Made by a program: the position numbers and the translations under genes | Assembly (NCBI GenBank): GCA_000708835.1 | Contig: DF237385.1 | Span: 1-64,000, forward strand | DNA: 64,000 nucleotides | Direction: 5' to 3' | Source: Klebsormidium nitens | Taxonomy: Eukaryota > Plantae > Klebsormidiophyceae | Notes under the pieces: model-generated | The model's input: the letters and a program-made list of their open reading frames with translations, nothing else | The model's database searches: none | What the model was told of the DNA's origin: nothing | Shown here: positions 1 through 10,500 of the stretch, piece by piece | Numbering within the stretch: position 1 is the first letter of the stretch | Layout: each line of letters begins with the position of its first letter

Positions 1-1607
1 CGGTGATCCGGTGGCATTTCTAGTTCAATACACGCTCCCGCACCCACCCGGGACCCACCCTAACCCCCTAACCAACCTCACCCTTCCCCAATACCTCAAC
101 GCAAGTTGCCAGATCAACATCCGCAGGCGCTGGGCTCCGAGTCGGCCGGCGACAATATCGAGGTCGCCAAGTTGCATCATGCATGTACCTAAGAGCGACT
201 AGTGTGTCAAGTGGTACCTATGCAACGCGCATGCCACACCACTGCAAGTGCTGCATGGCTGCATGTCAGGGCCCAGTCACCGTCAACATAGCTAACTTAT
301 AGATACAATCCACGGAGATTTTGGGGCGCGAAACAACTACCGTACCATAGAGGAGGCATTAAGACAACGAAAGTGTCGGATAAGGAAGCTGCTTACATTT
401 GTAAGACGGTACTGTAGTTACACCAGCCGATTAGAGACACTCTGCGCGCAGCCCTGCTCTTGGGGAGCCGTCCATCTTCCTTCTCACGCAAAAAGCACCG
501 TACAGCAGCGATGGCCCAAGCCGAGAAGGGCATGCTTAGGTGCCCCAGGTGCCGCCTTCTCCTCGTGAGTAACTTGCAAAAGACACTCGTATGCATGCAT
601 GAATACGGAATTTGGTTTCCGCTGAATGCTGGCTCGTGGTGGCTGCCGGGCCAAAAGGAGCTTCGATCTTGTCTGAATACGGGCTGGTTTGAAGTGGTTC
701 TGTACATTATGCCCTGATCGGAGTTCCTTGATCACGTGACCTGATTTGAATGTCAGACTGACAAGAAAGGAGACAACTTCAAAATGTTGGGGCTCCCAAT
801 TCATCGTCGTCAAGTCGTCTAGCCTAGCTAAAATTCTTCTTTTGAAGCAGACGATCCTTCCTTCTTTCGATTCCTTGGCTGGTTGAAGAGCTGTAGATTC
901 GGAGAGCCGCTTGAACACCCTGCTGTTCTTTGGCATGCTTTCACAGTCGTCTGTTATCTACTCCCTTTTCCAAACGCATGCTTAATGGCACTTCTAGGGT
1001 TAACCCACAAACCCTCTTTTTGTATGAAACAGCTCACAGCTCGACGGTTTGAAATTACAGACCTGTTTAAAGCGAAGTGCATGTAGTTAGAGGAGAGAGG
1101 GGAGAAGAGTTGGCATACGAGTTCAGATCAATTTTGGGGCAAGCTTTGTAAGCAGGGCAGCCAACGAGGTTACAAACCTGAGGGACTGTGCAGACTGCCT
1201 CGTTTGTTCTTTCCACCATCTTCGATAATTGCAAGTTAGAATCTATGCTGACCCAAGTGTTAAGCGCGAGAAGAAGAAAGAAGCGCCATTACATAGTACA
1301 TCTGGGGGTCCTTGGTGGAATCGCCTGTCCATTCGCAGGACACTCTACCAAAGTTTTGCATTTTGCGAGTAGATGCGAAGCAACCCATGTTTTTCGTTGG
1401 AAGTAGCAACTTTGAGTCCTGAGCTCAACAGCTGCGGACAACATCGGCCGTCTGAATCAGTGCGGTCTCGTCTTTGGCCAAGTTTCACCAAGTCTTTCCG
1501 ACGGAACTTCGTTGTCAGCGGATTTGCCCGTCACTGAACAACGGCGCCGATCAAGCGGTTAGGTCCGTTTCCAGAATGGGATTGACACTTTCTACTTCTC
1601 TTTGCAG

Positions 1608-3563
1608 GTTCTTTTGCTTGCTCTGCTGGCTTCGCCCGTCCAGTCCGGGACTGCTCGGTTGGAGTTCGCCGAGCACAACCTCCAGTTGACGGAAGCAACC
1701 ACGCCCCTCAGTCAGAAGGTCTCAGGAAGAAGTTTCGGGGACAGCATCATTTTCAGGTTAGCAGAACGTACTAGCAGATGCCAAACTGTTGGGCTCGCAG
1801 GGAAGGATACGCGGAAAACATGTCATGCAAAGTGAAAGCGCATTTGCAGACCGTCGGTTGCCGCAAGCCGTCCCTTGCAGGTGTTTGCGAAGGTTTTGGG
1901 CGTTCGGTGCCCCCTTTTGATGTGGGGCGGCGAACTGAGAAGCCGTTCCAACCGACCGAAGCTATGAAGCGTTTCGATCGGCAGAAGTCTGCACGTGCAG
2001 ACGTGGCGACCCAAGTCGTCTGCTGGACTGTGTGTATTATTAGCGAAATTCTGTGTCGATCCACGAGTATTTTGCTACTGCTAAAGGCACTTGAGCGCGC
2101 CTCAGACCCTCCACTGTTGCCACTCTGGCTCATCGGATCGCCTATGCAGATGTTTCGGAACGCTTCTACCTGTGCTTGACAGCCTGTCCTTCGTGAAGAA
2201 TCTAGAGTGTCGTCTTGGTATTGGTTTTAAAGTTGGATCAATGTCTGCTCTGGCAGCAACTAGGGGTACCCAGATACCTTCCTCCGTTTCGTATGATGCT
2301 CACGAAGCTGCTAAGTGTACAGCCTGTTTCGGCATCAAAAATCACGATAATCCATACTTTGAGAACGTTCGACTTCCGCCAAACTTTTGCCCTTTTGTAC
2401 GTAATCGACAAAATTAGATGGCGACACGATTTCCCGATTCTGAACCGTTCGATCTGGCGATCTTATCGACCACGCCCGAACCACCTTAGCTTCCTTCCGC
2501 AAGCCGGCGGATGCCACAACAGCTCAAACGGGGCGTAAACAGTAGCGACATCTTTCTTTTTAAGATTTTGTTCGCTTTTACGATCGCAAATTTGACTGCT
2601 TTACGCTAACAGCATAATCAACTGGAAAGTTTTGGAATTGCAAGCCTTGTCCCCACAGGAACCCCCTTCTGGACTTCAACACTATGGAGAACGTCGGCCA
2701 CACGGAAGGCGTGTGCATTTACACCGTGGCGCGTGACGTCACCGGCGGCTACGAGCTTGAGTGCGATTTCACTTGCGTCCTAGATAAGGGCACCTTCACC
2801 GTCACGGTGAGCCGCTTTGTGTTTGCTTCGAATTTGACGTCAGCGCTATGACGTCAAACTTTAAGAAGATTCAGGATGTCGCCTTATGCATCGACTTGAG
2901 ATTACGCGAAGAGGGGAGAGCGAGATGGGTTCGGAGTGGTTCGATAAGGATATTGCAGATCGTTCAAATACTTTGTTGCTGACTCCACGTCACTTGACAT
3001 TCAAGGCACCGTGCTTCTGCTGAGTATCAAAAGGATTTAAGCTAGCATCCAAAAGAACGCGCTTTGGTTGACCCTCCGCTCCGAAGATCGCACACGGAGC
3101 TTGTCCCCTCCCAGCCTTCACGCAACGGCCCGGGAAAGGCAGGCATTACTTACCGCCCTTTCCATCAGAACAAGTCACTGCGAAAATGGATTGACATTCT
3201 AATGAGATCCATTTCGCAGAGCCAATAGACGGACGGGCCGTCCGCGATGGCGGTTGTGAACGGAACCGGAGGCCACTTGGGAGCCACCGGGGTCTTCGAA
3301 GAACAATCTGTTAACGTTATCGGTTTATATAAATTGTATTGGTTCCACAGGGCCAATGGACGGACGCGCCGTCGGCAATGGCGGTCGTGGGCGGAACCGG
3401 AATCTACTCGGGAGCCACCGGGGTCGTCCAGCAGAGCAGGCTCAAGCACGACAAAGCGACCGGGGCTGACCTGTTTGGGCTCAACATTCGGATATACGCC
3501 CTTCCTGAGATTCAGCTCAAACCCCTGGGACCCCATGATTCTGAATCCGGTGTTATCGTGTAA
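1608..3563 (+). CDS. Secreted allene oxide cyclase/dirigent-fold beta-barrel protein (5'-partial; exons 1608-1756, 2659-2806, 3351-3563)
   Basis: Phase-compatible GT-AG exons give VLLLALLASPVQSGTARLEFAEH...FGDSIIFRNPLLDFNTMENVGHTEGVCIYTVARDVTGGYELECDFTCVLDKGTFTVTGQWTDAPSAMAVVGGTGIYSGATGVVQQ.... The GD-x-I-F, G-x-C, F-T-x-x-L-x-x-G-x-(F/I)-T-V and AVVGGTG-x-Y-x-GA-x-G pattern follows the AOC/dirigent barrel signature. The N-terminus is hydrophobic and signal-like. The ATG exon was not located. Confidence 0.7.
3220..3305 (+). pseudogene. Degenerate duplicate of the 5' part of the last exon of the AOC-like gene
   Basis: cag|AGC CAA TAG ACG GAC GGG CCG TCC GCG ATG GCG GTT GTG AAC GGA ACC GGA lies 131 bp upstream of cag|GGC CAA TGG ACG GAC GCG CCG TCG GCA ATG GCG GTC GTG GGC GGA ACC GGA. 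The copy has TGG changed to TAG. Confidence 0.85.
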
Positions 3564-4231
3564 GGCTTTTTAAGGGAATGATTCAGCAGGCGCACTTGAG
3601 AAAGGGCTCGATCAGGTCTGATTCGATCCAGAACCTGGGTCGATACATTACTGATTGCTAGCTTCTTTGCAACACGATCGCTTTCAACGATACGTACTTT
3701 CCAGAAGGAAGCTTCTTTTCAAGTCCTACAATTCAATGGACATCACAAAGACCTCCGTCGAGCAGCTGGGCCATGTTCAACCTCAGGTTATCTGGTCTCT
3801 GAGCAGGCTGTCCCAGATTTTTGAGTACCCTCGTATACCCATATGCGTATAGCGGGAGCGGCACATGCAGCCGGTTCGCTGCTGACGGTTTTTACTTGCA
3901 AATCAGAAATTGAGAGAACCGGGTTTAGTCCTCGCATTAATGCATGGATCGACCGCTTATTTCGACCTGCTGTGCTTGCCAGGTCTCGCGGTCGCACTTT
4001 CAATTCATCACTTGCATGCATGCATGCACCATATGGCATTGTTTGTATATGTTTAATCAATCCCTAATGATGGTAGCTCGTGTTTAAGTACACATATGAT
4101 GCAGCATATGCAGTGGTCACTTATCGGCCATGCATAGATTGGGGCGGCACATGCACTGATATAAGCATGCGCTGGATGATCGGATAAGTTAACCAGCAAA
4201 TTATGATCATGCATCATGCAAGCTCGAGAGC

Positions 4232-7073
4232 TTAAGATCGCAAGGCCGGCCGGCCTAGCTGTATTCCAATGATGCCGGGAGTCATGCTATGAAAAGCACG
4301 TGATTTAAATTGCTCGTGCTGCCAGCCAGCATCTACTGATACGTGACAAATCAGGCGGATATACATGATCGTCCGTGGCCCGGGCCCCAGGGTCGGCCCC
4401 GTTCCTTGGGCTGGCATGCGCGCGCGCATTTTCTTAAGTTTCTTCAGGAACCCGTCATGACGGGGCCCTCCTCTGTTTACCAGAGCGCAGTATCCTCCCA
4501 CCGTTCAGGAGGAACGGAGAAGCCCCACCAGATCCACATCTGTTTGCGACGCTATCATGTGGGTCTTCGAATTGTCTCTCTTTTCGTGGGACGCGGTAGT
4601 CGCCAAAGCAGCCTTATCAGTTATCACGACGCACTGGAATTTCGGAGAAGTTGTAACTGCCCTTGGCCCTGAGCTTCACGGACGGCACGTTGCCGTGCGG
4701 TGGCCAAGCAATAGCGGCTGTTAGCCTATCTACTCCAAACGAACAATTGTATGCAAAGAGGTACGCAGGCTGTCTTTGCTCCTGTCTTCCGGGCCCGTCG
4801 CTAGCAATGGGTCCTATAGTTCTTCCAGGATCCCATCGTGCAAGCCGTTCGTAATGAATTGTCTGCCGTCGGCATGCGCCAAACAACCCGCCAAGGTAGA
4901 GTCTTCACATCGCGGGAGAGAAACTGCTAAGCACCTGCAGGCAATACAAAGTGCGTCAGCCCCCTTAATTAAGCTTCCTTTGCTGACATCACTTCCCACG
5001 CCAATGGAAAGACCCTCTTCACGTGTACTATCAATTGCTCGTTCAAGCTAGAAGGTGCATCGACGCTTGGCGCACAGATTGAATCAGGATGCTGATGATT
5101 GGTTGAATGATGATGTGCAGAATAACGGCAGTGCTTTCGATCTCCAACACCTGAAAGGCGGTCCTTCCAGGCCGATGCAGCGGACCGTCGCAAGTCGAGA
5201 GGCCTAAGCCAAACAGGCAAGAGAATCAGACAGCATTACAAGTAGTGCGGCTGCACCCGCGAATCTTACCCGGTTCACGGACAACGAGTGGTCCGATCGC
5301 CTTGACAAAGCTCGACTTTGATGGCTAGTCCTGTCCGCCCCTCACGCGCAGCACCGATCCAACAACGACAGGGCCCGTATTCCTCTCTGTGCAAGTCCGT
5401 TGTCCGCGAGCGGAGAAGCGGAAGCAGACGCAACATGGACGGAAAGAACGTGCGTGCGCCAATGCCTTCCCTCCGCTGCCCAATCCCCCTTCGCTGCTCA
5501 ATGCGTGGTCCGCGCCCCAGTAAGCCGGTTGGAGCATCTCGGGAGCTTAACAAAGTCCCGTTGTTACCGGTGTCATCGTCGGCCCAAGGCACTTAGAAGA
5601 GCCGTATCAACACGCTTAACGTTTTCCCTTTACGCCTGTTTATCTCAGAAGAGGTTGCGGGCTCCAACGTTTCTTAGCCCGCGGCTAAGTCCGCTTTGCA
5701 GGTCGGGGGTTCCGCCGAGAGAATCTCTTCCGGTGCCGGAGCGATACTGATCGGTTCCGGGGCAGGGTTTGCGGATATTGCGGGTTGGGGCGTCGAGGGT
5801 CTGTGCGCCGTTCCGACGTGTTGGAAAAACATCTGACCCTGCTGGTTAACGGAAACCACGAACTTCTGACCCGGGGGGAGGGGAGCGGCCTGGCCGTTAG
5901 CCTGCGCGGCCTGCTGGAAGAGGGAGGCCATTTTCATCTGGTGCATCTGCACGGGAGGGCGGAATCCGCGGGTCAGAGCGGAATACAGTCATGGAGCTGC
6001 TGGAAAAAGGTGGTCGTTCTCATCTGATGCATCTGCACGGAAGAGCGGAATCCGGGGACCAGAGAGGAACGACGGACGGAGTATAATGTGGGGCGCGTTG
6101 AAGTGGTCGTTCTCATCTGGTGCGTTTGCAAAGCTGAATCCGGGTCGGTACCGAAAAACGACGTTACAAATGCATGGCGATCCATGCGCGGCCATCGTCT
6201 CCAACCGGAAACGTTGGATGGTTAACTGACTGCGCTTGTTGCTCCGTTCACTTTCTTCATCTCAAAAATTCTCCTGCCACGTTCAAATGAACCTGATACT
6301 GCCCTGACGACTCTGCCGCGATCCCCGAGTCATCCCGAGGATTTCGAGAAGTAGGTGCTCTAATTAGCGTCCAGATCTTTTAGTAAGGGCCGTCAGCGTC
6401 TAGTTTCCACGCTTCTGTGGTCTTGAAAGCAGACTAGGGAAGAAGGTGATGCGGATATCGAAATCCCTGATACGAGATCGATTCCCAATCTCGTATCCCT
6501 GAGTGTATCCCATCCCATCAGAGGTCGGGATGTCGGGCAAGTGTACTGTTCACAATCGTCCAAAGCAACTCCATGAAGCCTGGACGTTTCGACCAAAGAC
6601 CACAAGCTCGACAGGATAATTACTATCTAACCGCGCATGAATTGCCAAGACCACCAGCGCTGAACAACAGGGCTGGTTTTAAGCCAAGAACCTTTCCAAG
6701 ACCTTATGCAGACTACCGCGCCCGAGCTCCGAAAGCAGATCTGTTGGCGCGCCATGGAACTTCTTTCAGTCGACAGAAATGCTGTCCAGTCGTCTCGTTC
6801 CCTCCCTCAAACGAGAGTCGTTGCAGAAACAGAGACTTGAAGTCCTAGCTGGGCAGCTTACTAGTCCAAAATCGAAGAGATGCGGGCCTAAGCAGAGGAA
6901 AGTTCTCTCACCTGTCGCTGCTTGTGACGTGCCAGTATGTGTTCGTGGTTGATAACCGTATCAGCGGATGGGGGAAACGGCACCATGTTGTGAACGCCCA
7001 CGTGGCGCCAGAAGGACAGGGCGGGGCACCGGCCCTTCGAACGAACGATAATCCACAAAAGTGTCAATTTCAT
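4232..7073 (-). mobile_element. Possible highly degenerate DIRS-type (tyrosine-recombinase) retrotransposon relic(s)
   Basis: Broken minus-strand frames resemble DIRS pol motifs: KGRCPALSFWRHVG (6888-7073, pre-RT), LAHADGRQFITNGLHDG (~4830-4880), and ALVNRGGPRHDGFLKKL followed by RAHASPRNGADPGAR (~4370-4480, RNase H-like). No intact RT core, recombinase or terminal repeats were seen. Confidence 0.3.
5925..6150. repeat. Three-copy degenerate tandem repeat (~85-95 bp unit)
   Basis: The core (gtggtcg)ttctcatctg(g/a)tgcatctgcacgg..g.gcggaatccg recurs at ~5930, ~6015 and ~6105. Confidence 0.8.
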
Positions 7074-7520
7074 GACCGATAAGCCCTGTGAAAACTAACG
7101 TCAAGCCCAGGGGCCGACTCTGGGGTTAGCTTGGTGGTTAGTTGGGTTCGGGTGCGATGGGCCGGGTGCGAAGCGCAGATATGTCCGGGTTTGTCTTTGC
7201 CAGGTGATGAAAACTTGTTTACCCATAAAGGTTACTCTCAAATGATTGAGCGTTGTAATCCGTTTTAGACGACGAGGGAGAAATTCGCCAGAACAATCTC
7301 AAAGGCCATCGGAGATTCTCTATACGATACGAATCCTGCCACGTATTCAATTTGGGCGTTGCCAAAAGTACTCGAGCTTCGCACTTGATTGGAGATTGAG
7401 TACTGGATGTCAAAGAACCTGTGTAGTCCCGCCCCAGAAATCCGTCGACTGGAACGACCGATAAAACGACTTCAGCATCGTAAGCAAAGTCTGTCAGCTC
7501 GGCTTTCCACGAAGGAAGCA

Positions 7521-10500
7521 CTAAAAGCCAAAGGCCGTCTTTCCATGTGGCAGTTTGAACGAGGCCGCAGCACAGAACCCGTCAGAAGACTGATAAAAAA
7601 GTGTCCTTAAAGCCTCACGTTGCCGCTGCATAATGACGGAGAATGAGAGAATTTTGTGAAAGTGGATAAGAGGCGCGCCAATTTGATATTCCGGAATTGA
7701 AGGAATGTCAGAAAGATATCAACACCCGGTAAAAGATGATGAAAACAGAACAGAAGTATGGAGAAATAAGAAAAGAGAAAAAGGAAGAGTGGTCCTGCGC
7801 TTACCACCAAGGGCTCAACTCCCTCATCCGTCCAGATGTCCCACGTGGCCTCCTCTCCTTCCGTTGCTTCCGTGACGTTTCTGCTGACGTCATTGACGCG
7901 AGCCGGGTCCTCAAGTGCCTCCTCTTGTGCTGACGCCTCGATGACGCCTTGCAGAGGGGATGCCACATTCGGCGAAGGACACGTGGCAGCACCAGAGCCG
8001 TCGGTTGGACTCTCGCTGGGGTCCGGAAGCGTCCGCGGTGCCTCGCTGCCTGGGCTGCTGACGTCAGCCGTCGACTTTGCGTCTCCAGCCACGTCTTCTT
8101 GGCTGACGTCAGAAAGAGCGCCATTAGAGAGCGGGAGCTCGCTCACAGGGGCGCCAGTATTCCGTCCCTTCGTTTCCGTGGCCAATACCGCGGCCAGTCC
8201 CGCTCCAGCCGCAGTTCCGTTCTCTTCCTCTGTTAGCCGCTCCGTTTCCGCGGATTGCACCGTCACGCTTCGTCCAGACAGCGGCTTATGAGCGTCACTA
8301 AAACCATCTTTTACAGCCTTTCCATCACTCGAGATCAACTCCGGGCCATCTTCCCGTACACTCACAACGCCCGATAAGGAATCTACGCCTACGGCTTCCG
8401 CAACTTTTACCGATTCCGCATTTAGCCCCCTCTTCCCGTCGTCAGCAGTTCCGCTTCCGTCTTCACCAGTTCCGCTCGAAGGGCTACCGTCAAAGTCTTT
8501 CAAAGCGTTACTGGACCCCGCTAGAGTCTCTCGCCCTTCTGAAGTACGTTCGTTCCTCTGCTTTCCAAAATTCCCATCCGTTTCCGATTCTACAGGCCAA
8601 CCTTTTGCCGAAGGCGACCCTTCCAGTCGCGGAGAAGAGGGTTCTGATCGCCCTTCTGAGAGTGGTTCAGTAGCAGCTTCCGGCTGCTCCTTTGGATCCG
8701 TCTCGCTCCTCGACTCGGTGAATGGCTCAAGGGACAAGTCGGGGCGGATCGGAAACAAGTGGCCCTCCGTGCTGAAGACGTACCTGCCACAAGAGAAGAT
8801 GAAGATTTTGGACTCCCACAGACTTTGGCTGATAGGGCTGGTCGGAGCTCTGTGAAGCGAAGAAGGGAGCACGTTAATAGGTAGGCGCCGGATAAGGCCG
8901 AATAGGCGAAGCAAAGGTGGAGTTGGTGTTTGCGCTAAAAGTAACTACTCAGTTATTAAGAAATCTCTGTGGGATGACCAGGGCTCGGGCAACTCTGCGT
9001 CAAGCGCTGTACCGAACAGGAAGCTTCCCCTTGAGATACGTTTCTACTCAAACGAAGGGAACAGGGAAAGACGAGATTCATAAAAAGTTCGATCCTTTTT
9101 GCATAATAGTGGGGTTCCTGGAGGCGCCAACAGCAGAGAACAGCTGACTCAGCTGAGCCAAAGATGATTGCTTACGGGTAAGGTCCGTTTTCCACCAGGT
9201 TGTCCCCCTCGAGCGCCGAATCGAACAGCAGCCACAGATATTTCACCTGCACACGTCATTATCAAAACAGTGTCACTTTAACGAAGCGAAGCCTTTGATC
9301 AACAACCACAAATGTTCTAACTGCACCGCTAATCAAGAAAGAAAACTCTATAGATTTGACAAGCCAAGACCTCGTTTCATTGGTTCCTACGAGACTCTTT
9401 ACTTGAAGAAGCATATCGACTATCCATCTATCACAGTCTTTGGGTTGAATATTTCCCTCGACTGCTTTCTATTTAGCTGCTCAGAAGCCCCTGAAAAGGA
9501 TCACAGGAGACGCAATGCATAGAGCGTTTCTGCTTGACTGAAGTCCAAAGGACATCTATATGCCCGTCGATATGCTTGCGGTTTACGCTCTGCTCGAAAG
9601 TACCTGAGTCTAGCTCCAGCATCTTGACGCTAAAGGAATTGGAAGCTGACTTCATCATCGATAGCTCACCGTCAAGGGAAAGAAACGGCTCAGAGTTGCC
9701 GCACTGGCTGACTCCCCGTACGAAGCTCTGTACCTAAAAGTCTATCGATTCCGGCATCTGTGCTCACCGTTTCGGAGAGGAAGAAGCTCTCCATGTGGTC
9801 CTCCTTCTCGTGCGTCTGGACGTCCGTGACGTGGCAGTAGCCGCAGGGACACGTGGCACCATACTGGATGCTTGCCACGATATCTCGGCCCACGTGGAGG
9901 TACATCGGGTCGCGTGTCGCGCGGTAGAGCCAGTACGTGCTCTCGGCCAGTTCAGGGCGCAACGGATAGCTGTTTTGGCCAGGCTGCAGAGGTTTTAAGG
10001 GTTTCGTAAGAGGAGCTTGAGTTTGAAGGAAGCTTAAAGGTTTCTGCCGACTCTGGGGATGCTATTCGACCAGAAAGCAGTAACAATAGGAACGATTAGT
10101 CAAGGGGGCAGCTCTTGTCGCCGGGCTGCAGCGATTTTCAGGGTCGTAAGCCAGTAAACGGTTTCGGCAAACGTCGGAAAAGGGACATCCGGGCTGCAAA
10201 AATACAAGGGTTATGGGTCGTCTACAGGAATCACTGAAGACACAGTGGAGGAAACACGCGCGCGAAAATTAGATGCGAATGACTTGAGGCACTATGGAGC
10301 AATTGACCTCGGCGAGCCCGCAGCGGCAAGTCGGAGCAATCATTGCAATATGAGCGTCCTCTGAGTGGACATCAAGTGTTGCAGAAATTGAACTTGGGGA
10401 TGACGCAAACGGAAGTTAAGGCGAGGGAATGATCAGAGAGTTGGGGAAAAAACAAAAGTCAAACCGACTGGTCTTAGAGAACAAGCGCAAATATGGATAC

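Noticed and set aside
393-936. Overlapping ORFs of 85-150 aa, one with a CPRC motif
   Set aside because: No recognisable family motif or consistent splice structure; possibly TE debris.
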